IMG/VR virus record: IMGVR_UViG_3300007363_000002
Coordinates: 1-55,882 of that record
Reading direction: 5' to 3' (one strand)
Origin: a virus
Taxonomy: Duplodnaviria > Caudoviricetes
Length of the DNA stretch: 55,882 nucleotides
The notes under the pieces were generated by a model, which worked only from the letters and a program-made list of their open reading frames with translations, searched no databases and was not told the DNA's origin. Of the stretch, positions 15,349 through 23,478 are shown piece by piece (the stretch's first letter is position 1; the number at the start of each line of letters is the position of its first letter). The position numbers and the translations under genes are program-made.

Positions 15349-15756
15349 ATGGCAGATGCAGTAGCAACACAGATCCTGTTCGATGGCGAGCGTATGGCCA
15401 TCATGAAATTTACGAACATCTCCGACGGCACTGGCGAGACCAAAGTGACCAAGGTTGATGTCTCGACCCTTACTCCAAGCTCCTTCGACAAGGCTTGCGA
15501 CGGCGTCACGATCACTAAGATCCACGCCATGACGCACGGGATGGAAGTTGACATGTACTGGGACGCCACAACCGATGTGCTTATCGACGTAATCCCCCAG
15601 AACCAAATGTACTCAATGGACCTGACGCAGTTCGGCGGTCTGTGGAACAACGCAGGCGCGGGCAAGACTGGCGATGTCCTGTTCTCAACTCGCGACGCGA
15701 GCACCGGCGATACGTACACTATCATCCTCGAGATGGTTAAGTCCTACGCAGATTGA
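15349..15756 (+). CDS. Conserved virion protein
   Basis: KFTNISDGTGE..KVDVS..TGDVLFST..YTIILE motif. Confidence 0.7.
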   Translation: MADAVATQILFDGERMAIMKFTNISDGTGETKVTKVDVSTLTPSSFDKACDGVTITKIHAMTHGMEVDMYWDATTDVLIDVIPQNQMYSMDLTQFGGLWNNAGAGKTGDVLFSTRDASTGDTYTIILEMVKSYAD

Positions 15757-16613
15757 TGGTGGACAACGCCTTCGACCTCCGGCTGTTTAAGGCCAAGAAC
15801 CACATAGACGACGCGCTGGGCGTGGCCAAGCGCGGACGGCAGCCAATGCAACCCCCGCCTAACCCGCGCATGCCCAATATCGGGCCGGTGCCTAACCAAC
15901 AGCCGACAAACATACCGGGCAACCCGCAGCTTACCCCACAGGGCGTTGCGGTCTCCGGCCAACAGCAGGTCGGTCCCGGCATGATCAGCGGCGGCGCGAT
16001 GGTCGGCCCGCAAGGGTTTGAAGGCGGTGGCGTTAATTACGGGATGCCCGTTGCGGGCGGTCAATTCAATGTCGGCGCGTCAATGGATCCAAACATGGAA
16101 CTGGCTCAGGTGCAGGCGCAGTATGAGAACGGTCCGTTCAGCGTAGGCGCGCAGTATCAGCCCGGCGGCGGCGTTTCTGGCAGTGTTGGTTATCGGCAGG
16201 CATTCGCCAAGGGCGGTCTGGCTGTCAAAAAGGGCTACCAAGAAGGTGGCCTCGCCTCTTCCTTGCCCAACGCCAAAGAAACACGCGACGCCGACGTCGA
16301 GTTCCTGAACACCCGCAATCTGCATCTGCGTGACGTGGCAGGCTTGCCTCGCGCAAAGGGTGGAGCTGCATGGACGCGCAAGGAAGGCAAGAACCCAGAG
16401 GGCGGCCTCAACGCTAAGGGCCGCGCGTCATTGAAGGCGCAGGGTCACGACATCAAGCCACCCGTCAGCGCCAAGCAGGCGAAGAAATCACCCAAGGCAG
16501 CCGCACGCCGCAAGAGCTTCTGCGCACGGATGTCGGGTATGCCGGGGCCGATGGAGGACGACAAGGGTCGCCCGACACGCAAGGCACTTTCACTACGCAA
16601 ATGGGATTGCTGA
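15753..16613 (+). CDS. Multi-segment protein ending in a basic conserved phage domain (DUF6321-like)
   Basis: C-terminal AWTRKEGKNPEGGLNAKGRAS..RRKSFCARM..LRKWDC; several xxGG motifs. Confidence 0.65.
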   Translation: MMVDNAFDLRLFKAKNHIDDALGVAKRGRQPMQPPPNPRMPNIGPVPNQQPTNIPGNPQLTPQGVAVSGQQQVGPGMISGGAMVGPQGFEGGGVNYGMPVAGGQFNVGASMDPNMELAQVQAQYENGPFSVGAQYQPGGGVSGSVGYRQAFAKGGLAVKKGYQEGGLASSLPNAKETRDADVEFLNTRNLHLRDVAGLPRAKGGAAWTRKEGKNPEGGLNAKGRASLKAQGHDIKPPVSAKQAKKSPKAAARRKSFCARMSGMPGPMEDDKGRPTRKALSLRKWDC

Positions 16614-16614
16614 T

Positions 16615-16791
16615 ATGAGCGACTTTGCCGTAAAACCTGTCTGGGACAAGAAACGACCAAAAGACCTCGGCAAGCCGAAGGGTTTATCGGTCAAGAAAAA
16701 GAAATCCGCCAAGGCCCGCGCCAAAGCGGCCGGACGACCTTATCCAAATTTAATTGATAATATGGCTGCGGCCCGAAAGAAAGGTAAGTAA
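16615..16791 (+). CDS. 58-aa Lys-rich protein (not in ORF track)
   Basis: MSDFAVKPVWDKKRPKDLGKPKGLSVKKKKSAKARAKAAGRPYPNLIDNMAAARKKGK fills the gap exactly. Confidence 0.75.
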   Translation: MSDFAVKPVWDKKRPKDLGKPKGLSVKKKKSAKARAKAAGRPYPNLIDNMAAARKKGK

Positions 16792-16792
16792 A

Positions 16793-17443
16793 ATGGACGG
16801 TTTCAAGAACTCCACCAAAACCCAGTACATGAAGGGCGGCTCCTGTGATGGTTACGCCAAGGGCGGCAAGGTCAAGGGCGCAGCCAAAATCAACAAGGTC
16901 ATGGGTGAGTTTAAGCGTGGCGAACTGCACAGCGGCTCAAAGAAGGGTCCGGAAGTAACCAGCAAAAAGCAAGCCACGGCCATCGCCATGAGCGAAGCCC
17001 GCAAGGCTGGCGCAAAAATGAAGTACATGTGTGGCGGCCCAGTGCGTAAGGCTACGGGCGGCGTGATTAAGTCTGTAGCACCAAAAGGTGTGATGAAGTC
17101 TGCGGCATCCGCCAAACAACTGCCCACACCGGAAGTTGCTTCGAAGCGTCAAGTACAGCCAACGCCGCCAAAGGACGTAGTCCGTGAAGCACCTCGGCCA
17201 ACGATGGAACCGAAGCGTCAAGTACAACCAACGCCGCCAAAGGACGCTAAGACCATTGGTGGTGCGCCAAAGGACGCAAAGACCATTGGTGGCGCTGCTC
17301 AGACCATGGGTGGTGCTTCAAGGGACGCTAAGGCCATAGGTTCTGTAGGCGTGGTCAAGAAGGGTGTACCAGTCGCCAGCAACAAACCGATGATCGGTCT
17401 CAAAACGGGCGGCCACGTCTCGAAGTCAATGACTAAGTGGTAA
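16793..17443 (+). CDS. Basic repeat-containing protein (putative internal head protein)
   Basis: KVMGEFKRGELHSGSKKGPEVTSKKQATAIAMSEA motif; KRQVQPTPPKD x2 and KDAKTIGG repeats. Confidence 0.7.
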   Translation: MDGFKNSTKTQYMKGGSCDGYAKGGKVKGAAKINKVMGEFKRGELHSGSKKGPEVTSKKQATAIAMSEARKAGAKMKYMCGGPVRKATGGVIKSVAPKGVMKSAASAKQLPTPEVASKRQVQPTPPKDVVREAPRPTMEPKRQVQPTPPKDAKTIGGAPKDAKTIGGAAQTMGGASRDAKAIGSVGVVKKGVPVASNKPMIGLKTGGHVSKSMTKW

Positions 17444-17528
17444 TAAAACGCGAGGGTGTGGTGGCGTCTGAAGGCGTCGCCACGCACGCCGTGAACAAAG
17501 TTCGCGGCAAGCAAGAAAGGCGAATATC

Positions 17529-17960
17529 ATGACTAGTATACCAGTACGATCAAAGTTTGCTACAGACGCTATTGCTCGTTACGCAAAGGCGACTAAGGCC
17601 ACGGATGGCGGCGCAAAGTTTGGGGTGGCTTACGACAAAGCCAAGCAAGCAAGAACGGCTACGGCAACTTCAGCAACTGCTAGGCCAGCGGCTACGACAA
17701 CGGCAACTTCAGCAACTGCTAGGCCAGCGGCTACGACAACGGCGACTTCAGCAACGGCCAAACCGGCGGCGAAATCAATGGTGAGCGACGCCAGACGCGC
17801 AGAGTTATCCGCTAACTATAAGAAGAGTTACGCGGCGGCTACAAGCGCAGCGAAAGCAGCGTCCATGGCTCGCACAGCGGCCAAGAAAACAACGGGCGCA
17901 ACAACGGCGGTCCAGAAAGCAACCGGCGGCTACGTCACGAAGTCATCATTTAAGTGGTAA
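17529..17960 (+). CDS. Ala/Thr/Lys-rich basic protein with tandem repeats
   Basis: TATSATARPAATT repeats; C-terminus resembles the preceding gene. Confidence 0.65.
   Translation: MTSIPVRSKFATDAIARYAKATKATDGGAKFGVAYDKAKQARTATATSATARPAATTTATSATARPAATTTATSATAKPAAKSMVSDARRAELSANYKKSYAAATSAAKAASMARTAAKKTTGATTAVQKATGGYVTKSSFKW
17661..17770 (+). repeat. 39-bp coding tandem repeat (about 2.8 copies)
   Basis: Unit acggcaacttcagcaactgctaggccagcggctacgaca. Confidence 0.9.
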
Positions 17961-17973
17961 TATAGCGCAAGCG

Positions 17974-18003
17974 AACTGCCCGCCTTGCTGGTGGGCAGTT
18001 TTT
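17974..18003 (+). terminator. Intrinsic terminator
   Basis: aactgcccgcc-ttgct-ggtgggcagtt followed by a T run. Confidence 0.65.
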
Positions 18004-18077
18004 GCGCTATACCACCAACGCTAGAGGTGCTTGCTGACATCGGCTTGCTGCTGCGATAACAATGCGAGCACATCCTT

Positions 18078-19064
18078 ATGGCGTTTTCTAACACAGTTTC
18101 ACAGACGAATTTTAACACGCGGCGCGTTATCGACAACGCGATCCGCCGCTGTAAACTGACGGCGCAGCAAATCACTGCCGAACACATCGACATCGCCAAC
18201 GACCAGCTATACCTGTTCCTCTCCGACTTGGCCAACCAAGGCGCGCCTCTCTGGTGCATCGAGAAGCAGATTTACCCGCTGTACGACGGCGTGGGCGACA
18301 TCACGATGACCGACGGCACCGTCGACATCCTGAACAGCAACTTCCGCTGGCTTCAAGAAGTGTCCGGCACTAACGTCGACACGTCAACGACGCGCACAGT
18401 CACGTTCACCACCGACACTTTCGTGGCCAACGTCGGCATTTACTGGACGGCCGCCGCTGTGCCCATCGCTCTCGAGCGCTCGGACGACAACATAGTCTGG
18501 ACCACGATCCAAACCGAAACGCCAACGGCCACCGCAGGCCAGTGGACGTGGTTCGATCTGGACAGCAGCGTGGCTGCGCGGTATTTCCGCGTCCGCGCAA
18601 CGTCAGGCACGCTTAGTTTCAGCCAAATTTATTTGGCAAACACGCCGACCGAGATCCCATTGGCGCGCATGAACCGCGACGACTACACGAATTTGCCAAA
18701 TAAGGCGTTTCAGTCGAACCGCCCGCTGCAATACTGGTTCGACCGTCAGGTCAACAACCCAATTATGCACATGTGGCCGGTGCCAAATCTGGCCGCGACC
18801 GTCTGCCAGATCGTTGTGTGGCGTCAGCGCTACATTATGGACGTCGGCACGATGACACAGGACGTTGAAGTGCCCCAGCGCTGGCTCGAGGCCATTGTTT
18901 CGGGTCTGGCGGCCAAAATGGCGCTTGAATTGACCGAAGTTGACCCCAGTTTAATCCCGATTTTGGACCAAAAGGCTGCGATTTCGCTGAATATCGCGCA
19001 AATGGAAGAGCGTGACAACAGCCCGATGATGATCGCGCCCAACATCTCGCCGTACACGAGGTAG
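18078..19064 (+). CDS. Head-tail adaptor/connector protein
   Basis: Helical N-terminus (LYLFLSDLANQG..LW), RDDYTNLPNK..RPLQYWFDR, VPQRWLEAIVSGLA. Confidence 0.65.
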   Translation: MAFSNTVSQTNFNTRRVIDNAIRRCKLTAQQITAEHIDIANDQLYLFLSDLANQGAPLWCIEKQIYPLYDGVGDITMTDGTVDILNSNFRWLQEVSGTNVDTSTTRTVTFTTDTFVANVGIYWTAAAVPIALERSDDNIVWTTIQTETPTATAGQWTWFDLDSSVAARYFRVRATSGTLSFSQIYLANTPTEIPLARMNRDDYTNLPNKAFQSNRPLQYWFDRQVNNPIMHMWPVPNLAATVCQIVVWRQRYIMDVGTMTQDVEVPQRWLEAIVSGLAAKMALELTEVDPSLIPILDQKAAISLNIAQMEERDNSPMMIAPNISPYTR

Positions 19065-19068
19065 GATC

Positions 19069-19302
19069 ATGCCTGTCGAGGGTTACATCAACACCATCGG
19101 GCGAAACCACCTTGGCATCGGCATTTGTGACCGCTGCAAGCGTAAATTCCCCATTGATGACCTGTACAGCGACCGGAATATACCGGGCCTGAAGGTCTGC
19201 CTCGACGACGTGGACGACTTCGACCCGTGGCGTGAGCCTGCTCGGCAGCCAGAGGACATCACACTGCGCTTTCCGCGCCCAGACGTGGCACTGGACGGCT
19301 GA
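19069..19302 (+). CDS. Small Cys-containing virion-module protein, paralog 1
   Basis: IGICDRC..GLKVC..D.FDP..PRPD. Confidence 0.7.
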   Translation: MPVEGYINTIGRNHLGIGICDRCKRKFPIDDLYSDRNIPGLKVCLDDVDDFDPWREPARQPEDITLRFPRPDVALDG

Positions 19303-19604
19303 TGCCCCGCTATCTCAACACACGCGGCAACACGACGCTGGCAATCGGCATATGCGGACGCTGCTCCATCAAGATGCCGCTCGGCGACTTGCTGCCCGAC
19401 CCCAACTCGCCGGGCCTGTTGGTCTGCGAGAAGGACCGCGATCAGTACGATCCGTATCGCCTCCCCGCTCGCCAGCCGGACAACATTGTGCTACCATTCA
19501 CGCGACCAGATGCACCCATCGGGACCGATCCCGCCGGTGTCATAACGCAAGACGACAACTACTTCCTCATCACCGAGGACGGAGAGGATTACCTTGAGCC
19601 ATGA
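19302..19604 (+). CDS. Small Cys-containing virion-module protein, paralog 2
   Basis: IGICGRC..GLLVC..D.YDP..TRPD. Confidence 0.7.
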   Translation: MPRYLNTRGNTTLAIGICGRCSIKMPLGDLLPDPNSPGLLVCEKDRDQYDPYRLPARQPDNIVLPFTRPDAPIGTDPAGVITQDDNYFLITEDGEDYLEP

Positions 19605-21859
19605 GTGATGTACCTAGCAACCTCATCCCGACCCGCATCACGGGTCTGCCAGAGTATCTGGGCACGAGCACGCTCGGCTACCTGCCGTATGTGATCGAGG
19701 GGAACACGTACAAGGTTCAGTTCGCGAACATCGCCGCCGTCGGTGCGGTGCCGTCAACGCGTCAAATCAACACAGGCACGGGCTTGGGCGGCGGCGGAGA
19801 CCTGTCGGCCAACCGCACGCTCTACATATTGCCAGAGGGCGTCGATGACAGCCGCCTGACCACCACGGGCGTTACGGCAGACACCTACGGCTCTGCCGAA
19901 AACGTGCCGGTCTTCACCGTCAACGCGCAGGGCCGCGTGACGGGCGTCACAGAGACGCCCATCGTTCTTTCGAATTACGTCCCCACCAGCCGCACAATCA
20001 CGGCTGGCGCGGGCTTAACGGGCGGCGGAAACCTCTCCGCCAACCGCACTTTTGCAGTAAACTTTTCATCTACAACGCCTGAGCCTCTCGGTCCCGGATC
20101 TTCCGGTGTCTCGACTGTTGCCGCGCGTGAAGATCACGTCCACCCTGCGGTGGACCTGAGCGACACCACGGAAACTCAAGGCGTGCTCCCCTTGTCCCGT
20201 GGAGGCACCGGCAACAGTCTGTCTCCTGTTGTCGGTGCCATCGCATACTCCAGCAATGACGCGCTGTATCTGACGCCTACGTCTGGTAACGCAGGCGATA
20301 TTCTGGTGTCGGGTGGTGGCGTGGCTCCGCCATTTTGGCAGGCACCTATCGGCGGCGGCACAGTCACCAGCATCAACGCCAGCGGCGGCACAACAGGGTT
20401 GACGTTCACCGGCGGCCCAATCACCACATTCGGCACACTCACACTCGGCGGCACGCTTGCCGTTGCAAATGGCGGCACCGGCGCGAGCGTAGCGGGCACT
20501 GCGCGCACGAACCTCGGCGCGGCGGCCTCCGGAGCCAACACCGACATCACGTCGATTGCGCTGACCACGGGCACGATCAGCGCAACACCGACAAACGGCA
20601 CCGACATCGTTAACAAGACGTATGCCGACAGCATCGCGGCGGGCATCAACTTCCACCAGTCCGTGCGCTTGGCAACGGCTGCGGCTTTGCCTGCGAACAC
20701 ATACAATAACGGCTCCAGTGGCGTTGGCGCAACGCTCACGGGTAACGCCAACGGCGCACTGAGCGTTGACGGCGTGGCTGTCGTTGTGGGCAACCGCATC
20801 TTGGTCAAGAACGAGGTGGCTGGGGCCAACAACGGCGTCTACACCGTTACGCAAGTCGGCAACGGCTCAACGCCATATATCCTCACCCGCGCCACCGATT
20901 TCGATACTCCGGGCACTGGCGTAAACCAGATCGACGCAGGCGACTTCTTCCTCGTCACGGCGGGATCGACGCAGTCCAATACCTCATGGGTGCAACAGAC
21001 ACCGCTGCCAATCACAGTCGGCACGACGGCGCTGGTCTTCACGCAGTTCGCCGCGCCAGTTCTATACTCGGCGGGCACCGGCCTGACGCTTACCGGCACG
21101 GTCTTCAGCATCACGAATACGGGCGTAAGCGCGTCGACCTACGGCAGCGCGTCGTCCGTGCCCGTTCTGGCCGTCAACGCGCAAGGTCAGATCACATCGG
21201 CCTCCGCATCGTCCATCGCTATCGCCGCGTCGCAAGTCACGTCTGGCACGTTCACAGTGGTGCAGGGTGGCACAGGAGCCACGGACGCAGCCACCGCCCT
21301 GACGAACCTCGGAGCGTATCCAGCGAGCAACCCCAACGGTTACACGTCGAACGTAGGTACGGTTACCAGCATCAACTTGACAGCGGGCACTGGCATTAGC
21401 GTTTCTGGCGGTCCGATAACGTCCTCCGGTTCCATCAACGTCGTCAACACCGCGCCGGATCAGGTCGTCTCGTTGACAGGCGCAGGCACAACGGTTGTCA
21501 CAGGCACCTACCCGAACTTCACGATTACATCGAACGACCAATACTCCGGCACCGTGACCTCCGTTGCCGCTTCGGGCGGCACAACAGGGCTGACGTTCTC
21601 AGGCTCACCAATCACGAGCAGCGGTACTTTGACGCTCGGTGGCACGCTGGCTGTGTCCAACGGCGGCACAGGCGCAACTTCGCTCACGGCGAACAACGTC
21701 CTGTTAGGCAACGGCACGAGCGCAGTTCAAGTGGTTGCTCCGGGCACTTCAGGCAACGTCCTGACCAGCAACGGCACGACGTGGACATCTTCAGCGCCAG
21801 CGGCGGCGGGTGTCACTGTTGGACAAAGTATTGTACTAAGCATGGTTTTTGGATTGTAA
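19601..21859 (+). CDS. Tail fibre protein
   Basis: G/T/S-rich repeats GTVTS..GGTTGLTF..GTLAV.NGGTGA; RILVKNE..NGVY..LTRATDFD module. Confidence 0.8.
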   Translation: MSDVPSNLIPTRITGLPEYLGTSTLGYLPYVIEGNTYKVQFANIAAVGAVPSTRQINTGTGLGGGGDLSANRTLYILPEGVDDSRLTTTGVTADTYGSAENVPVFTVNAQGRVTGVTETPIVLSNYVPTSRTITAGAGLTGGGNLSANRTFAVNFSSTTPEPLGPGSSGVSTVAAREDHVHPAVDLSDTTETQGVLPLSRGGTGNSLSPVVGAIAYSSNDALYLTPTSGNAGDILVSGGGVAPPFWQAPIGGGTVTSINASGGTTGLTFTGGPITTFGTLTLGGTLAVANGGTGASVAGTARTNLGAAASGANTDITSIALTTGTISATPTNGTDIVNKTYADSIAAGINFHQSVRLATAAALPANTYNNGSSGVGATLTGNANGALSVDGVAVVVGNRILVKNEVAGANNGVYTVTQVGNGSTPYILTRATDFDTPGTGVNQIDAGDFFLVTAGSTQSNTSWVQQTPLPITVGTTALVFTQFAAPVLYSAGTGLTLTGTVFSITNTGVSASTYGSASSVPVLAVNAQGQITSASASSIAIAASQVTSGTFTVVQGGTGATDAATALTNLGAYPASNPNGYTSNVGTVTSINLTAGTGISVSGGPITSSGSINVVNTAPDQVVSLTGAGTTVVTGTYPNFTITSNDQYSGTVTSVAASGGTTGLTFSGSPITSSGTLTLGGTLAVSNGGTGATSLTANNVLLGNGTSAVQVVAPGTSGNVLTSNGTTWTSSAPAAAGVTVGQSIVLSMVFGL

Positions 21860-21868
21860 GGAAGCAAC

Positions 21869-22246
21869 ATGGCTAACCCAAATCTCGCAGGCGTCACCGC
21901 CATCTACGGCAACAACTCTAGCACGGCGTTGTCCTCGACCAGCGCGACCTCTATCGTCAGCAACGCCGCGTCAAGCGGTAAGGTGTTCAAGATCAACACC
22001 ATCATGGTCGCCAACGTGGACGGCGCGGCAGCGGCTGACATCACGATCAACAAGTATAGCGCAGCGGCTCTGGGCGGTACGGCCTTCCCGATTGCTTCGA
22101 CAATCTCTGTTCCCGCCGACGCTACGTTAATCGTAGTTGACAAGACAACGTCGTTCTACCTCAAGGAAAACGAAAGCGTCGGGGCTACGGCTGGCACGGC
22201 GAATGACCTCGTCGTCACCTGCTCGTGGGAAGAACTCAACTCGTAA
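21869..22246 (+). CDS. Fibre-associated structural protein
   Basis: MANPN..KVFKIN.IMVANVDG..TISVPADATL..YLKE motif. Confidence 0.7.
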   Translation: MANPNLAGVTAIYGNNSSTALSSTSATSIVSNAASSGKVFKINTIMVANVDGAAAADITINKYSAAALGGTAFPIASTISVPADATLIVVDKTTSFYLKENESVGATAGTANDLVVTCSWEELNS

Positions 22247-22255
22247 GGACGTTGG

Positions 22256-23128
22256 ATGTTTAGGCGTTATCCTCGCAGCATCATTACGGCTAGTTTGCTT
22301 ACGGGCACTTCGGGTGTCTACGACATAAGCGAGCGTTTCCAAACTCCACCCGCGCCGTACGATGCTACACTCCTTATTATTGCTGGTGCTGGTGGCGGTG
22401 GTGGATACGGCGGCGGCGGTGGCGGTGCGGGTGGTGTTGTTAGCGCGACCTTTAGCGCCCTTGTGGCGGGTACCGTTTACACGGTTACTGTTGGTGCTGG
22501 TGGCGCGGGCGGCGGTATTTTTGCCACTGGTACTAGCGGTGCAGATAGTTCCGTTACAGGAGCGACTACTGCGGTGGGCGGCGGTGCGGGCGCTGGAGCC
22601 TTTGGTTCCCCGTTAAGTGGCGGGTCTGGTGGTGGTAGCAGCACAGGTACCAGTGCTTCGGGGACATCGGGGCAAGGTTTTGCTGGTGGAACAAGTCCTA
22701 CAACATATATCGGCGGCGGCGGGGGCGGCTCTGGTGGTGTTGGCGGTAACGCTGTTGCTAGTAGTACAGGCGGTAGCGGCGGTGCTTCTACTACTTCAAC
22801 GATTACAGGTACTTCGGTATCTCGTGCTGGCGGAGGAGGTGGTGGCACATCTTCTGCCGTCGCCGCAGCGGCAGGGGGCGGAGGAGGCGCAGGGGATGGC
22901 GGCACATCTTCCTTAGCGGCTACCGCTGGTACGGTTAACACAGGAAGCGGCGGTGGAGGGGCTGGCTCTGCGGGCGACAACACAGGCAAAGCGGGCGGCT
23001 CTGGCGTGGTCATCATCTCAGTGCCAACTGCGTATTACAGCGGTGTCACCACAGGTTCACCCACGGTTACGACCAGCGGTTCGAACACTATTATGCAATT
23101 CAATTCATCGGGAAGCTACACAGCATGA
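22256..23128 (+). CDS. Glycine-rich fibre/spike protein 1
   Basis: IIAGAGGGG..GGGGAGG..YTVTVGAGG..GGSGVVIIS. Confidence 0.75.
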   Translation: MFRRYPRSIITASLLTGTSGVYDISERFQTPPAPYDATLLIIAGAGGGGGYGGGGGGAGGVVSATFSALVAGTVYTVTVGAGGAGGGIFATGTSGADSSVTGATTAVGGGAGAGAFGSPLSGGSGGGSSTGTSASGTSGQGFAGGTSPTTYIGGGGGGSGGVGGNAVASSTGGSGGASTTSTITGTSVSRAGGGGGGTSSAVAAAAGGGGGAGDGGTSSLAATAGTVNTGSGGGGAGSAGDNTGKAGGSGVVIISVPTAYYSGVTTGSPTVTTSGSNTIMQFNSSGSYTA

Positions 23129-23478
23129 GCCATTTCGCAAAAGTCATCGACGGCATCGTCACTGAAGTTCTGGTCATCGAGCAGGATGTTATCGACACAG
23201 GGTTGTTCGGAGACCCTACACTTTGGGTGCAGACCTCATACAACACGTATGGTGGGCAACACCCTGAAGGACGCCCGCTACGCAAGAACTATGCTGGTGT
23301 CGGCTATACCTATGACCCAGAGCGCAATGCGTTTTATGCGCCACAGCCGTTTGCCTCATGGACACTCAACGAGAACACATGCCTGTGGGACGCGCCAACA
23401 CCGTACCCAGACGATGGTAAACCCTATTACTGGGACGAGGCCACACTGGCTTGGGTAGAGGTTCCAAATGGCGAATAG
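23125..23478 (+). CDS. Partner/chaperone protein of the glycine-rich fibre
   Basis: MSHFAKV..WVQTSYN..LRKNYAGVGYTYD..W.APTPYP..YYWDE. Confidence 0.7.
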   Translation: MSHFAKVIDGIVTEVLVIEQDVIDTGLFGDPTLWVQTSYNTYGGQHPEGRPLRKNYAGVGYTYDPERNAFYAPQPFASWTLNENTCLWDAPTPYPDDGKPYYWDEATLAWVEVPNGE

